DNA from: Octopus vulgaris
Taxonomy: Eukaryota
Direction of reading: 5' to 3'
Length of the DNA: 64,000 bases
Assembly: GCA_951406725.2 (NCBI GenBank)
Contig: OX597821.1
Coordinates: 38,812,001 to 38,876,000 of the forward strand
Shown: piece after piece, positions 26,048-40,170 of the stretch
How positions within the stretch are numbered: position 1 is the first letter of the stretch
Layout of the letters: each line of letters starts with the position of its first letter
The notes under the pieces: generated by a model
What the model saw: only the letters and a program-made list of their open reading frames with translations
Database searches by the model: none
Told to the model about the DNA's origin: nothing
Translations under genes and position numbers: made by a program

Positions 26048-27939
26048 GAATATGAAGTTAGCTAGTTCTGGTTATGTTAAACTCTGTATTTAAATATCAT
26101 ATATTCTGCTGTCCATTATTGCTGGGTGTTACTGTTACTTATAACAGGAACTCATTCAAATTGAATCTTTACTTATGATTCTGGAAACACCTAATTTCTT
26201 TCTAAAACCTATTTATGACCAGGACTACCGATTTCATAATGGAAGACAATGTGATTTTGTGATGTTCATGCATTCCTCAAAGTTTCATGTGCTGGATCCA
26301 AATTTGATTGGTTTCAAGCAAGAATGAAAAGTATGATATCAACTTGGCTTGCACTTATCTTTTCATCAACAATCGGATGCTGGATTATATTTCATTGTGT
26401 CCTTAAGCAAGACTTTTAACCATACAAGAAATAATGTAACCTCTATAGCTTCACATCATTTTCTATTTATAGTTTTTTTTTCATTAAGACTAAGATTTGT
26501 TGTCCTCATGTTCACTTTATTAGTCAGGTTAAATGCTCTCTATTGTAAATTGGCACTCTCTTAGAAATGCCAGAAATTCCTTGATTTTGTGCAAGTTTAT
26601 GTTTTTTTAATACCGATTTTCTTTCTTTATTTATTATTTTTATTCAAAGTTTATTGATAATTTTGGGGATTTAAAAAAAAAAATTCTTAGATTATTTGGC
26701 TTTGAATATTTTTTACATTGGTTATTTTACATTTGCAAAAGGGGAAGAGAATCACTTATTCAAAACAGAAGGTAGGCAGCTGGCTGCGATGACTGTTTAG
26801 CAAAAAAACAAAACAAAATGCATTTATATTATTTCATAGCAAATCTTTCCCTTTTAATACATTTCCACTATCAGCTGTGTTTGCAGATGATTTTATGTTG
26901 GTGGCAATTGTATTGTTATAGCTTTCCCAAAAAGCTTTCTTTTCACAGTCTCTCTTTTCTAATCATTCTAAGCAAATGCATGTATTTAAAGCTCACACTA
27001 AAATTCTCCTTCAGAACAACTGTACGATAATTCTAAAGAAACCTGCACAAATTTCTACCCTTAAATGTGTTGTAAATAGCCAAGAGAAGCTGAAAGCTAG
27101 AAACACTATAACAGCTCAATTCAGATATTCTGTTTCTCTTTAAAAAATAAATAAATGAAGTTCTCAGCTTCTTTCTCATCAATTTTCATTGTTGAATGTG
27201 ATTTGGTTACAATCCTCAGATATTTTAATTCCTGCATTAATTTGAGCTAATACTGATGAAATATAATAAGGTTCAAGACAATGATTTTTCATTGCATTTC
27301 ACGTGGTATTAATAATGTAATGAATTATCTGGATATGATGTTATAATGAAGGCAAACATAGTAACAGATCCACACTGATATTGCACAAACATTGAGAGAT
27401 TGATGCTGTTGCGGTAATGAGCAAAACTGACTGAAATCATTAAGGAAATATGATACATAAAATGACAGGAGGAGATCTGAATAAACATAATATCTACAGA
27501 AAGTTCACAAAGTAGAATAAATTATTTAATCATGATAGGATGGTGGGGTGGGGTGGGGGTTGTAGAGTCTATGATTTCAAGTAGAACACTTCATCTTCCT
27601 TTTGAGGAATTGTTTTGCTTGAAACTGATATCACTTCCTCCTCATCACCAAATTACATATTCCATCTCATGAACTTGTGTAAAAACTCTTTGCCAATGTA
27701 GAATATTACCAGTTTCCTTGGATTCTCTTGGTTTATTTTATAATTGGAGTACATATACATGTACCCTTATTATAATGTATAATGTACCACCATCACTACT
27801 GCTGTCACCATCCAATACAAGTTTACAACTCCCCCTCATATCCTTCATTCAAATCCATTTAATTTGTTCATTTGTACATTTTTGTTTACTTTTATTTACT
27901 CTCCTCCCTCTTCATTTGATTTTCTTTATTCCCTGCCTT

Positions 27940-28612
27940 ATAATCTCATGGCCTATGCCAGGGGCATTATCAGCCCACTTATGCGTACCTTGTCCTTCTT
28001 TGGAAACTAAAACTCTGCTTGCAAAGACCTGTTGGCTCAAGTGAAATCAAAATTCAAAATCAAAATCAAATTCGATGACTGGCATCCGTGCTAGCAGGGT
28101 ACAAAGAGCACCATATAAGTGTGATCATTGACAGAGTGACAAACCGGCTTCCGTGCCAGTGGCACTTAAAAGGCACCATTTGAGCGTGATTGTTACCAGC
28201 GTCGCCTTACTGGCACTCGAGCCCCGTGCTAGTAGGGTATAAAGAGCACCATCCGAGCATGATCGTTGCCAGAGCGGCTATCTGGCCTCCATGCCGGTGG
28301 CACGTAAAAGACATCATTCGAGCATGACTGTTACCAGCATAGCTTTACTGGCTCCTGTGTCGGTGGCATGTGTAAAAGATTCAAGTGAGGTCGTTGCTAG
28401 TACCGCCTGACTGGCCCCATGCCGGTGGCACGTAAAAGCACCCACTTCACTCTCGGAGTGGTTGGCGTTAGGAAGGGCATCCAGCTGTAGAAACTCTGCC
28501 AGATCAAGATTGAAACCTGGTGCAGCCATCTGGTTCACCAGCCCTCAGTCATTCGTCCAACCCATGCCAGCATGGAAAGCAGACGTTAAACGATGATGAT
28601 GATGATGATGAT
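27940..28612 (+). mobile_element. Long RTE-tailed SINE copy with internal tandem sub-repeats
   Basis: Repeated gtgcc(g/a)gtggcac..aaaag(g)cacc units; 3' end cgtccaacccatgccagcatggaaagcagacgttaaacgatgatgat. Confidence 0.8.
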
Positions 28613-29756
28613 GTTTTATCTCTCTAACAAAGCTCTTACATTCCTTTTAAATTTCCAAACATGGAATCATCTCTCAAAGACTGCTCTTAGGATGGACATG
28701 ACTTCTATAGAGATGCAGAAAGCAGCCAAACTGTGAACCTTGGTAAATCTGAAATGCTATTAACTAAAACAAGGCCGAGGACCTGTGTGTCGGTGCCACG
28801 ATAAAACACCACAAGCCCAACATATTGCTTACTTTGGCAGAAACTTCCAAAGCTTGAGTGCCTTCTGGGCAGTTTATTGTATCACACTCTTCCAGTCTGA
28901 GAATAATATAGTCTTTACATGTTTCATTTCTCACTTTGCTTTCTCTTTGATTTCTTTGAGAAAACAAATGGTAAATATTTCCTGGTAGAAACACTGTCTT
29001 GTGGGTTTATTGTTCCTCCCCACAAAGGTTGCCTTGTGAAGTTGCCCTCTTAGCTAGCAAAAAGTTTAATACCCTTCTTTTTTCTAAGTTCTCAGCTATT
29101 ACAAGGTTACAAGAGGCCCACTGGAGCCAACTGACTTCTAGTTATGTGCAACAATTGCAGTACTGATTAATGAAAACTAATGGGTCATGATCATTTTTTT
29201 TCTCCTTCCTCATTTCTGTTAAATCTTCTGAATTCCTTTCTCTTCAGAAACACATCTGTAGATTTTGATCCAAACTAGACCCTATCCTTACCATCACATT
29301 CCACACAAAATTCACACCCACTGTTTCTTACTAAAACACAACTCTTGTCTTCTGTCAGTAATTAATCTCTATTGTTCAAATTACAAACTTTACAATTAAT
29401 TCTCCCCGAAAGGTCATGTCTGCACGAATGTTCTATTCTCTCTTCTGACCATATTTCAACATCACTGGTATTTCAACAACAATGGTTTTCAGTTACTCGA
29501 ACCTTCTCTACTTTGGTCACATCTAACATCCTTTAAACATCTCCAATCATTAGAAAATTACTATTTGTAAACCTCACAACGAGAGATATTCAGCAATAGT
29601 ACTTTGGAGTAAAGATTGTTTGCCAACATAACATGGCAGTCCTGGTTTAGGACGAATGTTGCTGTTATTTAGCCACCACACTTTGTATATTGAAGATATC
29701 TGTTTCACTTTGCTTCTCTCTGAAGTCATCTTATTTGGGAACTTTCATATATTTAA

Positions 29757-29978
29757 CCCTTTTGTTACCATATTTCTGTTGAGATGTTCTGTGTTTCTTT
29801 CAATTAATTTAAAATATAATAAAGAATTTAGCAAAATAACTTAGTTATCATTAAGTTAGTGTCTGGAACATAAATTGTGACTAAGGTTTGTTGGAAGATT
29901 TTAACTCAGAACTTTTGAATACAAGACATTTGTACTACAGAGCCAGGGGCAGGTTCAGCCAAGTTGGTATTAAAAGGG
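29757..29978 (+). mobile_element. piggyBac-type MITE
   Basis: TTAA|CCCTTTTG...TAAAAGGG|TTGA termini; second copy at 17313-17536. Confidence 0.75.
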
Positions 29979-30415
29979 TTGATCAATTCCAAACCTTGCA
30001 GCTAATCTTCATAGACATTGATGGTGCAGAGATGAAATCGTTTGCCACCCAAATTTACTATTACTCTCATCATCACTTACTGTTCATGTTCATGTTGGCA
30101 TCAGTTGGACTGTTTGATAAGTGTATTGCAAGGTTTAGTGCCATCTCTGACTCTTCTTCCTACAGTTACTTTCCTTACCAAATGATGACATGCTTTAACT
30201 CCCACCACACCCACACCCACCACAAGCACCTCCTGCCCTTCCTTATATAATAGACCAATGAACCGAGACATTAAGTTTGTCTTCCAATGGAGACATAACA
30301 ACCTTTTCTCTATTATCAACAGGTACTCCAAGCATCATACAGATCAAAAGGCAGTCTTCTCCTTCATGTTATTTAACCATGAACAGGTGACAAACTTTGA
30401 ATACTCATGGTAACC

Positions 30416-30452
<37 letters not shown>

Positions 30453-30600
30453 TGTATGTATGTATGTATGTATGTATGTATGTATGTGTGTATGTATTCT
30501 TATTTCTAGCAATGTAGGTGCTCCGACATCTTTAGTCACAATAACTTAGTGATGATTGAATTTTTCCTTTGTGGCATCACATTGTGTCTAGCTGTTTATA

Positions 30601-31166
30601 TACAGGGTGTGATGAGTAAACTGTCACCATTTTAAATTTTAAATTTTGCACATGCACATTGCTTTTGATTTCGTCAACTATACAGTATAGTAGGGTCGGT
30701 TGGGCACCATCTGTGAGAAAAAAAGCATCATGACAAAACTCACTCTGCCATAAATTTGGAAATGACATGCTATACTGCTTGGCATTCATACCAAAACTTC
30801 CAGTATGAACATTTCAGAGTGTTTGGGTGTCAATCTGAAGACAGTGTAGTCTAAGGACGTGTACCAAGAGTGATAAAAATCAAACATCCAGTCAACATCA
30901 TAGTGTTTGGAGTGATCACTAGTGATAGCAACGTTATGCTTCCATTCATCTTCTCACACGGCTTCATATAATAGACCAATGAACCTGGAGACATTAAGTT
31001 TGTCTTCCAATGGAGGGTACATAACAACCTTTTGCCTGGCAACAGGTACTCCAAGCATCATGCCACAGATCAAAAGGCAGAACTCTTCATCCTTCATGTT
31101 ATTTAACCATGAACAGGTGACAAACTTTGAATACATCATGGCCACCTAACTCTCCACACTGGGATT
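30601..31166 (+). mobile_element. Internally deleted maT/Tc1-like (DD37D-type) transposon relic
   Basis: TA-CAGGGTG end; ISECLGVNLKTV; VPRVIKIKHPVNIIVFGVITSDSNVMLPFIFSHG; FAWQQ; WPPNSP..DY. Confidence 0.75.
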
Positions 31167-32039
31167 ATGTATGTATGTATGTATGTATGTATGTATGTAT
31201 GTATGTATGTATGTATGTATGTACAGCAGCAAGTTGAATTTTAAATGTTTTATCATGCAGAATGCTGATCCTATATCAGTTAGTCACACTTAGTGATGAT
31301 TGAATTTTTCTTGTCATGTCACTATTTAGTACCATGACCATGATGAACTTAGTTAAGATGAACTTAACCCAGCACAGTTAATATTCCCAAGAAATATTTG
31401 TAACTGATGTCTATGAGGTGATGCTGCAAGTTAGAATTCAGTTTGCAACAAAACATTGTTGCAATTTGTCTTGGGAAAAGGATTTCTGAGCATTGTGGTC
31501 ATCATCTAATAATGTGAATTTTATTAAACTGATGAGGTTGAAGACCATAAATATTTAATTAGAAATACTATCATGATGAAGAAAAGGCAATAGTCAATTT
31601 TATTTTAATCATTTTGCAGTAAATATGGGAAACAACTATAAACATGTTTCAGCTTCATCGAATATCCTCAGTAAATCATACACTTCACAGTTCTTGCCAA
31701 AATAAACATGTAAGAATCGACAATATTGTACACTATTACATGTGGAAACATATTTAGGAAGTCATTGTACATTTGGGAAATAAATTTGTATATGTGTGTG
31801 TGTGTGTGTGCAGATTATGCATAAAATTACGTACACCCACATGTATTTTTAAATGTATTTGTAAACTAGTTCATGAAAAATATTACAGTTCTTATGAAAG
31901 AAAGTCCATATTGCTGATGAGGCACATTGTCAAAACTACTGTGCATCCATTCCATTGTAAAGTAAACATACATACACACAGATATGCATGTGCACATGCC
32001 TATGTGTGTGTGTGTGTATACACACACAAACATAATCAC

Positions 32040-32076
<37 letters not shown>

Positions 32077-33732
32077 GTTTTAAGTACTATACAGATATAT
32101 ACGTGAGCAAAAACCCCCCAAAAAAACCCAAATAAGTAAAGATAAATTTTAGTTTCAGCATGTAGATAATTCCATAGCGCACAAAAAAAAAGAAAATTTA
32201 TTTTATTTTAATTGGTTTAATTTGATTTTATATAATTTTGTATCTTTAAATAGGATTTCTTTTGTCTTTTATGAACATGTTTCCCTTATCTTTTCTTTCA
32301 ATTGTTTCACAATTACTAACCCATAAGGACATAATTATTATTTTGCAAAACTGCGACTAGCATCTCGTTTCTCCTTTCTTTTGTTTGTTTTTATTCCCTT
32401 TATCTTCCGTCATCCCAATAGAGACTTAGATAAGTAAACATGTTCTCACCTCTCCATTATTTTCAATGCTCAAAGACCATTTTGCACTTACGTCTAATAA
32501 GAATGGAGTGTATCTAATATTTTTTCACATTCATTTTTATTTTTTAAACATTTTTTTTTTGTGATAATTGATATAATTTCTCTTTTTTTTAATATTCTGG
32601 TTTTCATATATATATTTTTTTTAAATTAAAAAGCATCAGAGCATCACTAAAGGATGGTATGAAAATTCTGAAATATCTTGAAGCATTATAATTCATTAAA
32701 TGAATACCTAATGGACCTCATTGTAAGAGAAAAAATATAATGCAACTAACACCACCACCATCAATCATAACAACAGTCACAAGTAATTTAGTATTTCTCT
32801 TTTTAATGCAATACCTAGTTTCATTTTAAAATAGTTCTTTTCCTTCAGTTTTTGTAATTCTTTAACTTAAATTGTATATTTGTTCTTTATATTTGTAAAA
32901 ATGCATTCCATATCTTTTAGTTCATCAATTCATTATATAAAAGATAATTACATAATTTTAAAACTTGATAAGATATCTTGTTTTATTTTATTTTAGTATT
33001 TAAAAAAAATTTTATCTACATACTCTTGGGAATTTCATGTATAATTAAAATTATATTATTTTATATTTTTCAAAAAAGGAAAATAAAACGAAGGAAATAA
33101 GTTTCTTCATTAATACATAGGCCATTTGAATTTTATGCTGTAAAGAACTATGGTTTCACATTATGAGTTCATAAGCAGCAGCTGAAATTCTGAAGACTGA
33201 TGATTACATAGCATCTATTATTACAAAATGGTCAAAATTAGTTATTGAGACATCTTTTCACTTGCAACTAGAAATCTCTGTTTCCTAAGTGAAATACAAT
33301 AAAGAAAATTAAATCTGAAGAAATGTAAAATTCATTTAATTCTTTTTGCTTTTCACCATTTTCAATCCTTCCTATGGCTTCCTTGAATAAATAGTGTATC
33401 TCCATAGAAGTCTTGTTAGAAACAGACTGTTGAGCATTAACTGATGTTCTGCAGGAGTCTTTCATAAACAAGCCACGTCTTCTCATGTTAGCTACAGAAG
33501 TGGTAGAATTTCTAGAGAAGTGATCTCACTGCTATTACTCGAACATACAGAATCTCTTGAAATAAACATCACAATCTGTATTTTCCCTGCAGGGTTCTTT
33601 CCATCATGGATGCAATATGAAACAAGGACAAGACTCATCTGTAGTCTGACATGAACTGATGCAGTTGTCTGTTCTGTTTTATTTTCTAACGTTTACTTGT
33701 TTCAGTCATTAGATTGCAGCCATGCTTAACTA

Positions 33733-33961
33733 TACTAATTACTATACTATTTTACTATTTTACTTGTTTCAGTCATTTGACTGCAGCCATGCTGGAGCAC
33801 CGCCTTTAGTCGAGCAGATCGACCCTGGGACTTATTCTTTGTAAGCCCAGTACTTATTCTATCGGTCTCTTTTGCCAAACCGCTAAGTGACGGGGACGTA
33901 AACACACCAGCATCAGTTGTCAAGCAAAGCTAGGGGGACAAACACAGACACACAAACACAT

Positions 33962-34021
<60 letters not shown>

Positions 34022-34200
34022 ATATATATATATATACGACAGGCTTCTTTCAGTTTTCATCTACCAAATCCACTCACAAGGCATTGGTTGGCCCAGGGCT
34101 ATAGCAGAAGACACTTGCCGAAGGTGCCACGCAGTGGGACTGAACCCGGAACCATGTGGTTGGTTAGCAAGCTACTTACCACACAGCCACTCCTGCGCCT
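33733..34200 (-). mobile_element. CORE-type tRNA-SINE, full length
   Basis: Minus strand ggcgcaggagtggctgtgtggtaag...ggttccgggttcagtcccactgcgtggcaccttcggcaagtgtctt. Internal microsatellite. TSD-like atgcttaact (33723-33732/34201-34210). Confidence 0.85.
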
Positions 34201-34393
34201 ATGCTTAACTCTGTATAAGAAAATAAAATCAGACTGTTAGAAATTTGAACTTAGCTTTCACTTAAAAAGAAATACACAAAAAAAAATGACTTGGTTGGGT
34301 ACCAAGAACAGCTGTCCACCTGACTGCCCCTATCCAATGAGAATCAATTTAACTAAATTTTCACCAGGATTATATGGTGAGTTTGATACTTAC

Positions 34394-34446
34394 GGAAAGA
34401 GTGCATGTGATAGAAACCTCTGAGTGGCTACAGAGTGGACCATCAG
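34394..34446 (-). CDS. Candidate 53-nt exon LMVHSVATQRFLSHALF
   Basis: tgtttatcttgtttggaaacag| acceptor, |gtaagt donor. Confidence 0.4.
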
Positions 34447-34897
34447 CTGTTTCCAAACAAGATAAACACACACACACATGTACATGCATAGACACACACA
34501 CATATGTACATGCATAGACAAACACACACACACATACCCACACATGCAGGTACTTATATTTCCTCACTAATACAGTTTTACAACTGCGCAATCTACCTAA
34601 CAGCAAGCAAGTACTGCAAAGGGGGCGGGTATGATGCAGTTAATAGTGACAATTTGTAAAAACTGATGTTTGGCTGACAGTTGAACATCTTTTACAGACA
34701 TGACCAGAAATATTGAATCTTAAAAGTATCACACGTGTAAAAAGAAAAAGAAGTATCATAGTAATAGCTTTGATCTGTCATACACAGATACGATATCAGG
34801 TGTTTTGGCTTTGTTTTACTGGGGATTCTTTGTTAGTAATCCATGATGAAATAGATACTAAATATTTGTTAATTAGGATCAAGCATTATATATATAT

Positions 34898-35117
34898 TTC
34901 TTTATTGCAAACACAGGGGGCTAAATATAGGGAGGACAAACAAAGGGATTAAGCCAATTACATCGACCCATTGCATAAATGATACTTTTTTAATCGACCC
35001 CGAGAGGATGAAAGGCAAAAATCGACCTTGGCAGAAATTGAACTCAGATCGTAACGGCAGACGAAATACTGCTAAGCATTTCGCCCAGCATGCTAGTGAT
35101 TCTGCCAGCTTGCCACC
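34898..35117 (-). mobile_element. Meta-domain tRNA-SINE
   Basis: Reverse complement of the 21027 family. Confidence 0.85.
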
Positions 35118-35193
35118 CTGTGTATATATATACACACACATATATATATGTATATATATATATATACACATATATATATATGTATATATATAT

Positions 35194-35256
<63 letters not shown>

Positions 35257-35257
35257 C

Positions 35258-35364
<107 letters not shown>

Positions 35365-35494
35365 GAAATGAGGTAATCAGAAGATTGGATGGTTTATATT
35401 TACAAATATTTATTTATATATTACATTTTTTATATATATATATCATATCACTTAGATCATTAGCACTTTCTCCCATTCTAGTTATATATATATA

Positions 35495-35880
35495 ACTGGG
35501 GCACTGCCTTAAAGGCTTAATCGAACAAATCTACTCCAGTGAAACCTGGTACTTATTCTATCTGCAGCCTCTTTTTGCCGAATCGCTAAGTTACGAAAGT
35601 GTAAACAAACCAACACCGGCTGTCAAGCGCTGGTGAAGGAAAACACAAAGACACACATATATACATATATATACTTAACCATACATATATTTAATCATAT
35701 ATATATATATATATATATGTGACGTGCTTCCTTTCAGTTTCTGTCTACCAAATCCATTCACATGGTTATGGACGGCCCGGGGTTATACTAGAAGATACTT
35801 GTTCAAAGTGCTGCATAGTGGGACTGAACCTGGAACCTTGTAGTTGAGAAGCACACTTCTTACTACAAACTCACGCCTTA
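35495..35880 (-). mobile_element. CORE-type SINE (diverged)
   Basis: Homologous to 33733-34200. Confidence 0.75.
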
Positions 35881-35930
35881 CATGTGCACACGCACACACA
35901 TATTGTTATGTTTTCCTTATTTATGAGTTG

Positions 35931-35964
<34 letters not shown>

Positions 35965-36084
35965 CATCATCATCATTTAACACCCGTTGTCCAAGCTGGC
36001 ATGGGTTGGACGGTTTGACTGGGCTGGAAGGCAGGAAGGCTGCACCAGACTCCAGTCTGATTTGGCATGGTTTTCAACAGCTGG

Positions 36085-36117
<33 letters not shown>

Positions 36118-36488
36118 GGCATATGTGAGTCATCTAAGATACTATAAGTCAGGGAAAAGATGCACTCCTATATCTGTCAGTAGAGTGGGTGTATTATCCA
36201 AAAAGTATAGTATGAAATATCCATCACTGCTGATCTTACCAATCGGTTTCATATAAACAATACAATGGAGTGTTAAGTAACAATCCAGTTATATAACTTT
36301 ACATCCATCAGAGTTAGCCGATATTAAAGGCAGATGGCGACTGCTCACCATATTCCCTTCCATATCGGCTAACTCTGATGAGTGTAAAGTTATATAATGA
36401 GATTTTTATCTAACACTCCATTGTCTTCTTTATGCAAAACCAATTGGTAAGATCAGCCGTGATGGATATTTAATCCTATAGTTTTGGG

Positions 36489-36494
<6 letters not shown>
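36118..36494 (-). mobile_element. Asymmetric palindromic mini-element with long-stem-II hammerhead
   Basis: Arms 36192-36324/36362-36494, tail on the left, (TA)n on both sides. HHR fold 36366-36459. Confidence 0.75.
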
Positions 36495-36539
<45 letters not shown>

Positions 36540-36893
36540 TCTCTGTCTCTTTGAAACTCCTTGTGATTATTCTCTCCCTCCTTTACTAAATGTGAAAAAC
36601 CATGCAGCTCTTCTACATGTACCTGCTTTGCCCTCCTCTCTTCTATCATACTTTAAACCCTCATACCTTTCCCCTCCATCAGAGTTCTTGCGAGCTGCAT
36701 GGTGACCTTGATAGTGCTGGTGGCAAGAAAACTATACCCAGCACATATTGTAAAGGGGTTAGCATTATGAAGGGCACGTAGTGTAGAATGTGTGCCATAG
36801 CAGACCTTGGAGTACAGTACAGTCTTTGGATTCATTGAATCCTTGTCACATAGTACAACCCATGCCAGCATGGAACACTGAGGTTAAATAAAG

Positions 36894-36931
<38 letters not shown>

Positions 36932-38454
36932 GCCCATATTCTATTGAATTAAAACATCCCTTTAAAAATTATTTCTGCATTCTCAAAATTCTATGATTAT
37001 AATTTATTTTTGTAAAATCAATTTATTCTTATTCTAGCCTAAATCTTCACTATATTGTTCAATATAAAAGATAAAACGATCAAGCCAGAATTGTAAATTT
37101 CAGGAAAATATGAAATCCTAATGGCAATTCCATTGCAATCTGGAGATTCATTTCTCTGGGGTGACAATAAATATTTTAAATGAATGCAATGGAATTTCAT
37201 TCTTTGCTATTGACTCACAATATTGAATTCTATAGAATCAGTTCAATTAAAAATAACTTTTTTTCTGATAATTTTTAGAAGAAAAGAATCTAGTTGATTT
37301 CTAGTAAATTGAATCTCCTTATAATTACTGGAAAATTTAGGAAGCTCCAATTCCTGGGATTCATTTCTTAACAGCTCTTACTGCAACAATATTTTTCAAA
37401 AATCAATTGCAATCCATCTTACTATCATTTTTGGTTTACTAAACAAATACACATCTATTTCACAACAAACCTTCCTCTTTACAGAATGATTAACTTTTCA
37501 ACAATCTGGAAAAATCTCTACAAGTCACTCTTTAATTGTTCTTACCGTAAAATTCCAATAAATTTTTAAATGGAACAATTAAATTCTTTAAACAACCACC
37601 TGTGAGTTCTCATACAATATTTCGCTTTTGCCAAAACAAATCTTAGATCCAGTTCATGGTATGTAATGTCTTTTAGGAACAATAAATGCTCTCCTTGCTG
37701 CAAATATGAAATTTGATTTTTTTCACGCAGAAGATGAAATACTTGTGCAATTTTTTAGTTTTACTTTTCTCTGTCCTCCATTGTATGATTTCAGAACATT
37801 TTGTTTTTCTTTTGTCATTTATTATCAATCAGTTACATTTTTCTTTCTGTTTTGGTGTGTGTATGTATGGGAGTGGGTCTTCAGCATCCAATTAATTTTA
37901 TTTTAGTTTCTTTATGTTGTACAAATATCCAGAGAACAGTGGTGTTTGTTTGTTTTTGTTTTTTTTATTGCTGTGTATCAATAGATGATGTTACTGGCCA
38001 CAGACAGCAAGACAAACATGTTACACATTGTCAGCACTGAATTCTAATTCATTATTTTTTCTGTTTATTAAACAGTTATTGCTAGAAAGACTAAGTTATA
38101 TTTTTTCATTTTTGTTTTTTTTTTATGTCAGTTTTGCCTCTGTAGTAACATTAAGAGCAAAATAAACACCAGTTATTACACACATTAAAATATCTGTATT
38201 GAAAATTCCTATCATTAGATTTCATATCATGAAAACTCTGTCTTTGAATGAAGTACTGCCCTAGTTAGCATCATGCTATAGAACTGCTTCCCAAATGGGT
38301 AGGTGAAGAATAGGAATCACATTTCTCTTAGAATTAAGGTTCATTAGAAATTCTGAGGTTTACAACATTCTGGAGTTTTAGAAAAGACATAGATTGTGGG
38401 AACTAAATGGAAATCATTATTTTAAATAATAACAACAACAATAATAATGATAAT

Positions 38455-38970
38455 AATCCTTTCAGGCACAAGGCCTGAAATTATTATTTTTTTTTGTGAG
38501 TGGGAAGACAATCACATTCAGCCCAGTACTTGGCTGGTACTTATGTTATCAACCCTGAAACAATGAAAGGCAAAGTCAACCTTGGCTTAATTTGAACTCA
38601 GAATGTAGTGACAGGTGAAATACTGCTAAGCATTTCAAGAACACACTACACTGCACACACCTCAGCAACACAGAAATGTAAGCGTGTGATGCTTTATATT
38701 TGTCTGAAACTATCAAATGTCAAATAATATTAATAATGATAATCTTAATCCTTTCTAATCTAGGCACAAGGCCTGAAATGTTTTGGGAAGTGGATAATCA
38801 ATTACATCAACTCCAGTAGTTATCTGGTATTCATTTCAGTGACCCTGAAAGGATGAAAAGTGAAGTCAACCTCAGCAGAATTTGAAATCAGACTCAGAAC
38901 ATAGAGATGGGCAAAATGCCAATGAAGTATTTTACCCATCATTGCTAATGACTCTGCCAGCTCACTGCCT
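38455..38970 (-). mobile_element. Two tandem Meta-domain SINE copies (38455-38636, 38748-38970)
   Basis: ggcacaaggcctgaaat...gatgaaaggcaaagtcaacc...tttgaactcagaa in both. Confidence 0.75.
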
Positions 38971-38999
38971 CAATGATAATGATGATAATAATAATAATG

Positions 39000-39050
<51 letters not shown>

Positions 39051-39055
<5 letters not shown>

Positions 39056-39388
39056 TGTGGCATCTCAAGGCGGTTATAATACCAGTGATCGTAGGAGCAC
39101 TAGGAATGATCAAGAAGGGAACCGAAAATTATATGAGAATGCTCCCTGGCTTACCATCCCTGCAAGAAGTGCAAAAGATTGTCTTAACTGGTACATCACA
39201 CGTATTGAGAAGAGCATTGTCGATGTGAGAACTGTTTTAATTTATTTAAAAAAAAAAAAAAAAAAAATGAACAAACTATTGAGTTTGGTTTAATGGCCTA
39301 CCAATGTATACTATGAGTTTCTTTGCCCTAGGAGTCGGGAAGACACTCGGCAAGAAATAGAAGCAAATTCGAAAGAAGAAAAAAAAAG
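39051..39388 (+). mobile_element. 5'-truncated R4/Dong-type retrotransposon inside (TAA)n
   Basis: KMWHLKAVIIPVIVGALGMIKKGTENYMRMLPGLPSLQEVQKIVLTGTSHVLRRALSM* (stop 39226-39228), then a 3' UTR; (TAA)n on both sides. Confidence 0.85.
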
Positions 39389-39411
39389 TAATAATAATAA
39401 TAATAATGATG

Positions 39412-39468
<57 letters not shown>

Positions 39469-40009
39469 TTATTGATCAAGCACAAGGATAGATTTTTTTA
39501 GGGGAGGAATGAGATCGATTGCCCTCAATGCTTAAGTTCTGCATATTTTGTCAACTCAAAGACGAAAGACAAAATCAACCAAGTTTAAAACCTTTTGAAA
39601 AACTTTTATTTCCTCACTGGTCTTAATATACATGCACACACAAACAATGACTAAATGCTAAACTAGCTTGACCCTAGATATGTAATCCGGTTATTTGGAT
39701 GGCTGATATTTGAGTCCTCATCTTCTCTTTCATGAGAAGAAATTCGCAATCATTCTCCTCACATTTCTATGCTTGTATGGAGTTTGTTGTGGCAGATTTT
39801 CTATGATCCTTTTCTGTCATCAACCCTCACGTGATTCCAAGCAAGGTGACATTTCATCATGGCCATTTATGTTTTCACAGAATATTGGAAATGAATGGGT
39901 GACACTCATTTCCTGCTATTGCCCATTGTCAACTCAAAAAGATGCATGCACCCTTACACGCACACACATACTTATATACAAGTACATTTCATATATATGT
40001 GTGTGTGTG

Positions 40010-40170
40010 TGTAAATGGGCTTCTACATAGTTTCCATCTGCCAAAATTCAGTCACAAGGCTTTGGTCAACCTGGAGCTAGAGTAGACACTTGCCCAAGGT
40101 GTTGAGCAGTGGGACTGAACCGGAAACCACGTGATTAGAAAGCAAACATCTAAGCCACACAGCCAAGCTT
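40010..40170 (-). mobile_element. CORE-type SINE 5' part
   Basis: gacacttgcccaagg...cagtgggactgaacc...cacacagcca. Confidence 0.75.

Noticed and set aside
25685-26065. CRISPR array or repeat protein
   Set aside because: Contiguous 19-bp units with no unique spacers in eukaryotic context; the unit length is not a multiple of 3.
31914-31945. ctgatgaggc..gtcaaaac hammerhead-like string
   Set aside because: Lacks G12 and stem I/III support.
37546-37604. Additional minus-strand exon (GCLKNLIVPFKNLLEFY)
   Set aside because: Weak acceptor, and its phase fits only the alternative frame.
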